Shown piece by piece: positions 1 to 11,268 of a stretch of 64,000 nt of DNA. Source of the DNA: Octopus vulgaris (Eukaryota); the NCBI GenBank assembly GCA_951406725.2, contig OX597836.1, positions 21,514,001-21,578,000 of the forward strand, read 5' to 3'. How positions within the stretch are numbered: the first letter of the stretch is position 1; each line of letters begins with the position of its first letter. The notes beneath the pieces are model-generated. The model did not search any database and was not told where the DNA came from. It was given only the letters and a program-made list of their open reading frames with translations. The position numbers were made by a program, and so were the translations under genes.

Positions 1-316
1 ACAGACATACATACATCCAAGTGGTCAGTCCGTCGGTCTTCGAAAAATACGAAGATCGCTCAACGATGAATATATCAGAGATAAGCTACATAATATGGTT
101 TAAAAACGATCAATCTAACAACCGACTGCCATAACTCGCGTGAAAGTAGAAGACTTCATATTCATCAAATGAGCAGATTATGGATTTATGCTGAATACAA
201 TAACGAAAAAAAAAAGCAAAAATAAAACATATAAGGCAATGTTCGATTTAGAAGTATACGTATATCCATTTGATGTGTATGAATCATCATCTTCACAATC
301 GATTGTTAGTTTGATC

Positions 317-791
<475 letters not shown>

Positions 792-807
792 GTATATGTG
801 TGTGTGT

Positions 808-1110
808 GTGGAGGCGCAATGGCCCAGTAGTTAGGGCAGCGGACTCGCGGTCGTAGGATCGCGGTTTCGATTCCCAGACCGGACGTTGTGAGTGTTTATT
901 GAGCGAAAACACCTAAAGCTCCATGAGGCTCCGGCAGGTGGTGGTGGCGATCCCTGCTGTACTCTTTCGCCACAACTTTCTCTCACTTTTTCTTCTGTTG
1001 GCCTCCTCGCTTAGCCAGTGGGGTGGCGTCATTTGAAGGCAAAAACACTGCGAAGCGCATTATGACCAGCGATGTGTAGCAACATCTGATAGCCTTGTCT
1101 GTCACGGTGA
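808..1110 (+). mobile_element. tRNA-derived SINE: family A head with alternative tail E
   Basis: Head GGAGGCGCAATGGCCCAGTAGTTAGGG...GGTTTCGATTCCC (Pol III A/B boxes) is shared with the copy at 19243. The 3' part instead matches the reverse complement of 44838-44960. Confidence 0.85.
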
Positions 1111-1119
1111 TATATATAG

Positions 1120-1612
<493 letters not shown>

Positions 1613-2066
1613 TGGACTGACCTAAACTCTGGTGAATGAGTGGCTACGAATTTTTTTTTATTCTATGACGCTGGTATTACAAAATAAGAGATAATAATGT
1701 TAGTTTGACTAGTATGCCATTTCTAAGTGAAAATTCCTCAGAAAATATCCGCACAGCCTATTACTTGCAGTCGGTAGCGCATGAAGCCAGCAAGCGATAG
1801 GTACGTGATTCAATTTGAATTAGTGCTGTTCAATTCCTACAGCGTAGATGTTATATATAACTTGTTGACCGACAACATTAAATTTATCTGACACGTTGCT
1901 TGCGCATAGAACATCAATAAATTAATTACACTGCTGACAATTGCACGGTATGCAAATCAGTATCGCCATTTCAGTAACTTTTAATTTTTGTTTGATTTGA
2001 ATGTGTGTGTGTATGTGTGAAACGCAGATAAATGTCATTAATATTCCTACGTTTTAATAATATAAA

Positions 2067-2580
2067 CTAGCAGTATCGCCCGGCGTTGCTCGGGTTTGTA
2101 AGGGAAATAACTATATAAGCATTTTTAGAGAGTTACTTCCCTTATAGATGCCAATTCGGGCTTTCTTAGCCATTTCTGTTTTGGTGTCTTCAAGCCATGA
2201 AGTCGTTGTTCTAAAAGAACGTTGGTCTCCTTGACAACGCTTTACGCCGTTGATTTCCATACACTCCCTTCCCCACAGCTTCACGAGGGAGGGAAGAAGG
2301 GGGAGAAGCAACACAGGCGCAGGTGTGACCATGGACGCCAACTCCGCCGCCATCGACACACGAAAAAATATGCCTTAAAATGGAATAAAAAATGATGTTA
2401 AATTATTTGTAAAATCGTAGACTCATCGTAGACGCGCGCTAATACCCAGACGGGCTCGATATGAATCACGACTATAAGATACCCGAATTTGGTTAAACTG
2501 CACCGCAAAATGTGGGAGTAGTTAGGAATCTAAATCGAAGGGGACAGACACTCACACAACTACAGTTTTATATATATAGA
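2067..2580 (-). mobile_element. Non-autonomous Helitron (514 bp)
   Basis: On the - strand it starts TCTATATATATAAAACTG and ends CCCGAGCAACGCCGGG-CGATACTG-CTAG (GC hairpin then CTAG). It sits between A and T with no TSD. A second copy is at 22261. Confidence 0.85.
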
Positions 2581-2732
2581 TGTGTTTGAATAGCTGGCGG
2601 CTCTTTTCCTCGGTGTGCCATCGAAAAACTTTTCGCAGGCAATCGTAATAAATCAATATGAAATTCCTTAGGCCTGGCTATTGTGTAATTATTGGGAGAA
2701 TGAATAACAAAAATAATATTTGTCTGTTGCAG

Positions 2733-2972
2733 GAAGCTTTATATCAGAATTCCACGTCACAAAGAACACGACAGTGAAAATGGTTAACAACGAAATTTTT
2801 GGTGGAGTAGGGTTAGACGAATGTGCAAAGACCTGCATGGAAATGGAAAAATGGAGTTGTAACGATTTCGACTATTGCGAGAGCACTAAGGAATGCCGTC
2901 TGGTTTACAAAGATGTCGAACATACTGGGCAAGTGTCCTTCGAGAAATCGACTGTTTGTGACCATTACAATC
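2733..2972 (+). CDS. Internal exon encoding one PAN/Apple domain of a single-pass membrane protein (upstream exons not identified in the window)
   Basis: Acceptor tgtctgttgcAG at 2731-2732 and donor GTAAGT at 2973. The exon is 240 nt, phase 1-1, and open. It reads SFISEFHVTKNTTVKMVNNEIFGGVGLDECAKTCMEMEKWSCNDFDYCESTKECRLVYKDVEHTGQVSFEKSTVCDHYN, with the PAN-type pattern CxxxC...CxxFDY...CxL...CDHY. Confidence 0.9.
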
Positions 2973-3174
2973 GTAAGTTGAACGCATCGGGCGTTGATTT
3001 CTTCCTCTCTTTATTATATTTTTTATTCTGCCGTTTATTAAACGGTAAGGCCGTTTGGTTGTGTGATTTTTCACATACCCACATATACATATACGCAAAC
3101 CGGTGCACGCGTTCACAAACACTCACATAATCAAATGCTATTAATAAAAAGCAAATACAGACATATAAAGACAA

Positions 3175-3224
<50 letters not shown>

Positions 3225-3360
3225 TTTCCATTTGTTTCTCTCGTTCTTTGCGTACCCAACATTATTTCGTATTTCATGTTGTTTACTTTTTGCGACGTCC
3301 TGTACCCATATATGCATACCTATATACATATATATGCATGTACACATGTATGTGTATATA

Positions 3361-3412
<52 letters not shown>

Positions 3413-4278
3413 AACTGGGACAAGAACGCAAAACATTTAGAAGACGATACAAAAAACACGGACGGGTTATTCGAAGCCTTCAATCTTCAGTCAAGAACCA
3501 GATCATCCTCGCAATTTCGGCTGATTAATCTTGAGTTTGCTCCAATCTGGCCAGCCCCAAGGAAAAACTAAGCCAAGCGCATTAGATTCCTTGGAAGAAG
3601 GATGGGAAAACGGACGATGTTACACGAATATGAAAACAAAAATAATACGTAAAAACAATAATAATAATACGTAAAAACAACAACAACAATAATAATAACA
3701 ATAACAGGACATCACAAACAGGCGTCTTTCGACTAGGACGAATTAAACTAAGCTGGCGTGTTAGGAATGTGCCTTGGGACAGAGAAAAAAATGTTGATGT
3801 TACCACGACCGCTGCCAGACCCATAGTCGGTCAGTCAGTCACGTGTGAAGAGAAGAGAGAGGAAAAGAGGGACAGGGGAATTAAGGAGGGGGAGAAGAGA
3901 GAGAGGGAAACAGGAATAAGGAATTAAGGAGGAGGAGAAGAGAGAGTGAGCGAGAAAAAGAGACAGGGATAAAGTCATTTGTCTACCAATTCCACTAAGA
4001 AGGCATTGGCGTCCCGATTAGAGGACACTTGCCCAAGATGTTACATCGTAGGACTGAATCCGGATATATGTGGTTAGGAAGCCAACTTCCTGCCAAACAA
4101 CCACATTTTGTCCGTAAGCAATAAGTAAATAGAAGCTAGTATATTTTAAGCACCGTCTTTCTAATGTCTTAATTTCAAATTCAAAGTTATGACCCTGCCA
4201 AATATTATGAAGGAATTATCATCTCCCTTGTATTAACTGTCCGCTAGGGAACTACGCATACACATACGTAGACACCTA

Positions 4279-4320
<42 letters not shown>

Positions 4321-4677
4321 TACACACACACACGTGTATGCATATAAAGAGTGAAAGAGTGAGAGTGAGTGAAAGAGAGAGGAAGAACATATTTCTTCAA
4401 AATGTCAAAATGAGAGATCGAACCAAAAGGCAAGTTGTTGCGAAGGAAGATTCTTAACAGCACGATATTCCTACGCGTATGTAAATTTTTGTTCCTGAGG
4501 ATCGCTTGGAATGAAACTTGAGACGAAAGAAATACACACTATAGCACCTGTTGAATTCTTTCTGTTTCTTTCGTTGACATTTGTATGCATATACGTGCAT
4601 ATGTATGTGTGTATACATGTATATATGGATATACGAATGTGTGTACATATATAAATATACGTTAATATATTTATCTA

Positions 4678-4757
<80 letters not shown>

Positions 4758-5460
4758 CACATACATACATACATACATACATACATACATACATACATAC
4801 ATACATACATACATACAATCTTACATATAACTATAAAATGCACATTTTTATGCACAACTGTACATCCGCACACAAACACGCACATATAAGTATAAACCAG
4901 TGTGTGTATGTGTGTGTGTTTGTGTGTGTGTGTGTGTATAAATATGTATGCATACATACATACAAGCACACACACACAGACACATAAATATATATATTTA
5001 TATATATATATAACGCATGCACACTCGCACGTACACACCAACAATAAACATGTTGTTGTACTCATATAAATGTACATATATATGCATACATATGCATATG
5101 TTATTATATATCTGCATCAAATACAGTTCTATATGCATATATTTGCATATAAATATTTACACAATCGCGATTTTATGTCGTGCACAAACTCTCTTATCAG
5201 TCGTTTGGCGTTTAACATATGATATATGGATCAATAACGAAAGACTAGAGATCCATAATTACTCTGGAATACATAGCTCGCAAGTAGTTTAATGTGAACG
5301 ATAGCTTTGGCTTAGAAGATCGCAAGACTGAAGCCCACGTTGTTTACCTTGCTGTTGCTGCTGCTGCTACTGCTGCAGTTGTTATTCTTGTTACTGTTGT
5401 TGATGTTTAGCGTAAAGGTCAACTTACAAGCCTAAGATACAAATATGTTCCGACCATATC

Positions 5461-5502
<42 letters not shown>

Positions 5503-5587
5503 CGCCTACACACACATTATTTAAACGGCAGAAGTTTATAAAGTGTCTCAATTGCCGAGAGTTTTAAACTTCTGCCCATATATACAT

Positions 5588-5621
<34 letters not shown>

Positions 5622-5634
5622 GCGCATATATATA

Positions 5635-6345
5635 GTAAACAAAGGGAGGAAGAGAATTTCGACTATCTGTACGTGGCGAGTTGTAATGCAAAAAATATAT
5701 TTATAAAATAAAAGAAGGAAAAGGCACACAGTTTACATAGTTTAAATATATTTCAAATGAAAGAGTATTGTGGTTGTCGACCGGTTTCGCTTTCGCTAAT
5801 CATGACATTGCAATTATTGTAATTTCGTATTTTCTTAAGAAAGTTTTTGTCTATGTTTTTGTATGAAAATTTGTGAATGAATCAACAAGTAGAAAAATCT
5901 TAGGGGAGGTAATTGGTGGTCGTTATTATTCGGGACAGGGGAGGTAATTGCTCATTTTTTGGAGTGAGATAAAAAGGCACAAATACTCATAACCTAAATT
6001 AGTGAGATGAAATATGTACAGTGATGGATATGTGATCATGAATCAAAATATATACTGAGACCAAAGTTGGTTATGCGTTCGTTTTTAGATATGTTCTATA
6101 TTTTTGCGATAAATAAATTTTCTTTATTTAAACGTTCTTATACAGAAATTGTAAATGGGGAAAACTGTGAAATTTGGTTGGGGGTTCCCTGCACATATCT
6201 TTATGTGATCTGTCTGTACTTTGGGAAACGGATTTGTTCCTTACGTAGTGAGGTTCTTCATCTAAGTGTCATACTTATCTGCCCTATATAGTTATGTCCA
6301 CAACCTGAACAAGTTATAACATAAATTAAATTCTCTAATGTGACT
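5635..6345 (-). mobile_element. Penelope-like retroelement 3' fragment: degenerate GIY-YIG endonuclease plus terminal region
   Basis: Manual - strand translation from about 6335 gives ENLIYVITCSGCGHNYIGQISMTLR*RTSLRKEQIRFPKYRQI...ICAGNPQPNFTVFP...ERLNKENLFIAK (LIY..C..C..YIG). A hammerhead-like motif follows at 5775-5807. The outer boundary is approximate. Confidence 0.85.
5775..5807 (-). ncRNA. Minimal type I hammerhead ribozyme-like motif (A3-U8 core variant)
   Basis: - strand reads TGTC ATGATTA GC-GAAA-GC GAAAC-CG-GTC GACA: stem I, core, stem II with GNRA loop, palindromic stem III and GUC triplet. Confidence 0.65.
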
Positions 6346-6375
6346 AAGGACGCGCGCTTAGCAGTTCATACATGC

Positions 6376-6406
<31 letters not shown>

Positions 6407-6580
6407 CATACATACATACATACACATACAAAAATACCCAGTTTTTGATGTTGAAATTCCAATGAAAGAGCCTTGGATCTAGGTTAGAAACCGGCTCTTT
6501 CTCTATTGGTAAGAAATCTTGAAATAAAATTGAACAATGACACACACGCACACACACAGACATATATATATATATATATA

Positions 6581-6768
6581 CGATGGGGTCCTAAAAAGTT
6601 TCTGCCTTTCGGTATTAGAAAATACAAGAGGACCAGTTTCTCAGATTCCCACACTTATTCCGGAGGTCCTTCAGCGTTTTTAAGCCCTGTGGAAAAACTA
6701 GGAAGTTTGGGCCTTCAACCAGACTTTTCGCGATACCCTTAAAGCCAGGAGCATTTCAGCCCACCCTC
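6581..6768. mobile_element. Degenerate mariner-type MITE
   Basis: TA-flanked imperfect TIRs: CGATGGGGTCCTAAAAAGTTTCTGCCTTT versus reverse complement TGAGGGTGGGCTGAAATGCTCCTGGCTTT. Confidence 0.55.
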
Positions 6769-6785
6769 ATACACACACGCATGCA

Positions 6786-6851
<66 letters not shown>

Positions 6852-7429
6852 TACATATATTAAGGGTTCAACGGAAAGAATACAAGGAGAAAAGTTAGGC
6901 GAAAGCAGAGTAGATCAAACTAAATGGACAGGAAATTAGATTACGACATGATACTGAGTTTTCCTCTTCAGTCAAAGATGTAAAATATCATAGCAGTTTC
7001 ACGCCAATTACCTTTGATACTGCTTAATTTTGCAGGCGCCAATGCTTTTGTTAAGTCACTGGGGAAAAAGCTAGCGAATATATACCAAGACAGAAACAAA
7101 CAAGCCATTATATAAATACAACAGACAAAAAATTACGCACATATAACAATAGGAAGCCTTGTGGCTGTATACAAACGAAGAAAAAAATTATACATACCAT
7201 AAATATAACAATATATCTTTTACTTGTTTCAGTCACTAGCCATGCAAGAGCATCGCCTTGAAGAATTCTTAGTAGAATGAATTGACCTCAGTACTTATTT
7301 TCTTTAAAGCTTGATACTTATTCTATCAGTCTCTTAGACTGAACCGCAAAGTTTCAGAGGTGTAAACGCAGCAGCACCAGTTGTCAAGCGTTGGTGGGGA
7401 ACAAATACGGGTATAAATAATACACTGCG

Positions 7430-7472
<43 letters not shown>

Positions 7473-7473
<1 letters not shown>

Positions 7474-7892
7474 TCTTTACTCTTTTACTCTTTTACTTGT
7501 TTCAGTCATTTGACTGCAGCCATGCTGGAGCACCGCCTTTAGTCGAGCAAATCGATCCCGGGACTTATTCTTTGTAAGCCCAGTACTTATTCTATCGGTC
7601 TCTTTTGCCGAACCGCTAAGTGACGGGGACGTAAACACACCAGCATCGGTTGTCAAGCAATGCTAGGGGGGACAAACACAGACACACAAACATATACACA
7701 CACACACTTATATTATATATACATATATACGACAGGCTTCTTTCAGTTTCCGTCTACCAAATCCACTCACAAGGCATTGGTCGGCCCGGGGCTATAGCAG
7801 AAGACACTTGCCCAAGATGTCACGCAGTGGGACTGAACCCGGAACCATGTGGTTGGTTAGCAAGCTACTTACCACACAGCCACTCCTGCGCC
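7473..7892 (-). mobile_element. tRNA-derived SINE, family B (internal microsatellite, GTAAAAGA tail repeats)
   Basis: Head GGCGCAGGAGTGGCTGTGTGGTAAG...GGGTTCAGTCCC; colinear with the copies at 17734, 26626, 29854, 61413 and 63525. Confidence 0.92.
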
Positions 7893-8017
7893 ATATATAT
7901 ATATATATGGTACAAACACGCACATATATATCTATTATACAACACATAATTTAAACATATATTACTCATATATGTTAACACGCTAAAATCACATATTTGG
8001 TTTATTTATCAAAATAG

Positions 8018-8077
8018 GTATTCCAGGAACCTACTACCAACACGAAGTGTCATCTTCAGTGACAGTTTACGAAAAAG
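8018..8077 (+). CDS. Penultimate exon of the PAN-domain membrane protein (juxtamembrane stalk)
   Basis: Acceptor tttatcaaaatAG and donor GTAAGA at 8078. It is 60 nt, phase 1-1, and joins in frame to both neighbours: (R)IPGTYYQHEVSSSVTVYEK. Confidence 0.75.
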
Positions 8078-8253
8078 GTAAGAAAAGATTTTGTCTTTAA
8101 TGTATATATCTTAATTAAGTTTTTTTTGAAACAGTGAATCTTGTAGTGCATAAAGCTACAAATAATGCTATGTAAATATTGGGGTTGAAAAACCCTTTTG
8201 GATGAAAAAAACCCAACAAAAACGTCGGAGCGTTATTATTATTATTATTATTA

Positions 8254-8809
8254 TTGAGTGAGAGAGCAGTTCATGCCATCAAAGTGACACTGGGGTAAAA
8301 TATACGAAGCCCAATATACCCATCATGACTACCCATCTGATAAAGGTACACCAGGCACATGCATCACAACCATATGTGCGCGACATGGTGATCTCATATC
8401 AAGATAAACAGCACATGACCTTGCAGGTGGGGCCCAGTTAGAATTTTCTTCAGGTTGAGTAGCTCATCCCGCTCAAAAGGTCCCTGAATAAGGGTTGTTT
8501 AAGGATGTTGAAAGAACCACCCATGTTTCCAGAGGTGAATTATTCAAACCCCAAAGAATCCCTCTCAACACATGGCTATGATGCTCCCCCACTACTTCTG
8601 CTCGTGATCAGAGATGCACATATCGTCAGCCACTAAGGGACATGCTCAACTGGTTAAGGTCAAACAACTGACAAGCAAATCTGTGGTATTGAGCAGAATA
8701 TTTGCTGTAGCCCATCTTTTATACCAAGACAAAACAATGTACATGATAACACTTCCAATCAGTTAAGATCAGAAGCCATGAGAGCCACTGCCTGGTACTG
8801 CATCAGGGC

Positions 8810-8810
<1 letters not shown>
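8254..8810 (-). mobile_element. About 555-bp non-coding interspersed element embedded in (TAA)n
   Basis: Homologous to 56891-57449 and 22928-23310; flanked on both sides by (ATT)n. Confidence 0.85.
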
Positions 8811-8857
<47 letters not shown>

Positions 8858-8973
8858 CATCATCATCATCATCATCATCATCATTATTATCATCATCATC
8901 ATTATCATCATTATTATTATTATTATTATTATTTTTGTTATTATTGTTATAATTATCATCATCATCATCATCA

Positions 8974-9061
<88 letters not shown>

Positions 9062-9099
9062 AAACGCATACATTTATCTATATACTTATTATCTTTCAG

Positions 9100-9203
9100 C
9101 CGACTTCATCAAGGTAGCCTTCATCTTGCTGTTTTGTGGAATTTTGCTCGGAGTGGTAGCCATGTTTATATATATACGCCGCCAAAGAAGAATTGGCCTT
9201 TGA
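9100..9203 (+). CDS. Terminal exon of the PAN-domain membrane protein: transmembrane helix and short basic tail
   Basis: Acceptor atctttcAG at 9098-9099, phase 1. It reads (A)DFIKVAFILLFCGILLGVVAMFIYIRRQRRIGL*, a hydrophobic run of about 21 aa followed by RRQRR, with TGA at 9201-9203. Confidence 0.85.
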
Positions 9204-9348
9204 GGAAGAATTGCAAGGTTCTTAGATCGTCTGAAAACATTTCCATTCTTTTCGTGTGTTTTTGGCCCTGAACAATTAAACTTACGAAGAAGGACAAACG
9301 ATACACATAACCATCTATAGCTAACAATTATATGTTTTATATATATAC

Positions 9349-9421
<73 letters not shown>

Positions 9422-9494
9422 CGGAGTAAACACATAAATGTGAAACAAGGTGGAAAAAAGAGTACTCAAATACCAGTGGTAGAGTAATATGCTT

Positions 9495-9637
9495 TATTTT
9501 AAGCAGCAGAAAATTCAACAAAATCTGTTACTCTGAGTTTCTCGTTGCCGTTCATCAGACAGTTTTTGCTTGTCTGATGAACGGCAACGAGAAACTCAGA
9601 GTAACAGATTTTGTTGAATTTTCTGCTGCTTAAAATA
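9495..9637. repeat. Perfect 67-bp inverted repeat (9-nt loop), each arm carrying a hammerhead core; probable inverted Penelope-type terminal repeat
   Basis: Arms 9495-9561 and 9571-9637 are exact reverse complements. The unit (about 9420-9640) lies between (TA)n tracts. Confidence 0.9.
9570..9607 (+). ncRNA. Minimal type I hammerhead ribozyme-like motif
   Basis: TTGT CTGATGA A CG-GCAA-CG A GAAAC-TCAGA-GTA ACAG, with predicted cleavage after 9603. A mirror copy lies on the - strand at about 9525-9562. Confidence 0.7.
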
Positions 9638-9640
9638 TAA

Positions 9641-9708
<68 letters not shown>

Positions 9709-9975
9709 CTGTGTGTGTTTATATATATATGTATACATATTTATGTAAATTTAAGTTTTTATGTATGTGTATACACACGCACACAAATATATATGTTAAA
9801 TATGTAAGTTTTTGTATGTAACTATTAGTATGTATATACATAAAGCGTTAGTACAAGTATTCAACCACCACAAAATTTGTTGAGCGTTATTTTCTTTCAT
9901 TTGTACACCTTTGAGTATACGTGTGCGATGTGTGTGTGAGTGAGTATATTTATATACATGTATACATACATACAA

Positions 9976-10033
<58 letters not shown>

Positions 10034-10122
10034 CCATATATACATATAAATTTATAAAATGTATATATACTTACACACACAGACACGCACACACATATAT
10101 ATATGTATATATATACATACAA

Positions 10123-10158
<36 letters not shown>

Positions 10159-10264
10159 GGTATCTATACGTGTATGTTTATATAAGTGTATATATACATG
10201 CACACACATGCACACACTCACGTGTGTGTGTGTGTGTGTGCGTGCGTGTTGTGTGTATGTGTGT

Positions 10265-10300
<36 letters not shown>

Positions 10301-10448
10301 CATGAGCCGTGCACATATTTAAAGATCCGCTAATCCTTCAGACATTTGATATTAAAAAAGATACGTAACAAGTCTATCTTTTGCTTTTTAGTTATTTGGT
10401 AACGAGGATGTTGCAAATGTTTTAATGCACACACGCACACACACACAC

Positions 10449-10481
<33 letters not shown>

Positions 10482-10574
10482 CACATATATAATATACGCA
10501 TACACACACATACACACACACATATATGCATATATGTATTTATATTTATATTTATGCATGTACGTGTATGTATT

Positions 10575-10606
<32 letters not shown>

Positions 10607-10655
10607 TATACATGCAAAAATGCATACATACATACATACATACATACATACATAC

Positions 10656-10735
<80 letters not shown>

Positions 10736-11006
10736 TTTTATTATGTATATATGTACACACAGACAGATGTGTGTGAGTATGTGTATTTGTCTATGTGTGT
10801 GTGTGTGTATTAAGATTCGCTTTTCTTTTCGACATATTTGATTACTAATATATATATATAACATTGCTCTTATCTGTTTTCTGTTTTCTTATCTGTTTTC
10901 CAATCATTTAATAAAAACGACATCGCACGCCTCTTCGTCAAAATATTACATCTAATATTGATATTGAGCCTGTGTTTCGGCAACCGATGGCAAAAACGTG
11001 GAATCG

Positions 11007-11268
11007 TTCGGCTCATACAAGTTAAGCCGTAAGCCGTCTGGACCATTTCATAAGTCTCTGTAGCATTTTTGTCCAGTTTAACGCAAAATGTCATTGCACA
11101 GGCAGCTTTTAATTGTCTTCTCATACCGATTACATCCTGCAAACTAGTCAGCTGTGAGAAGCAGTAATTAGTAGAGTGTGTATACTGATAGACTCTTTGA
11201 AACGTGTGTAAGCCAAATAAATCGTCGATAATACATATTTTAGCTTTACGTCTTTTTCTATCACATTA
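11007..11268 (-). mobile_element. Mariner transposon 5' remnant (N-terminal HTH plus leader)
   Basis: From the ATG at 11124: MRRQLKAACAMTFCVKLDKNATETYEMVQTAYGLTCMSRT, matching the mariner N-terminal pattern IKFCVKLGKNATET.EM...AYG..CMSR. Confidence 0.75.

Noticed and set aside
3420-3580. Possible hammerhead remnants on the - strand (CTGAAGA...CGAAT; similar near 6960 and 44400)
   Set aside because: Cores or stems are too degenerate to support a call.
6455-6510. GAAACCGG motif within a hairpin
   Set aside because: No recognisable CUGANGA core in the right position.
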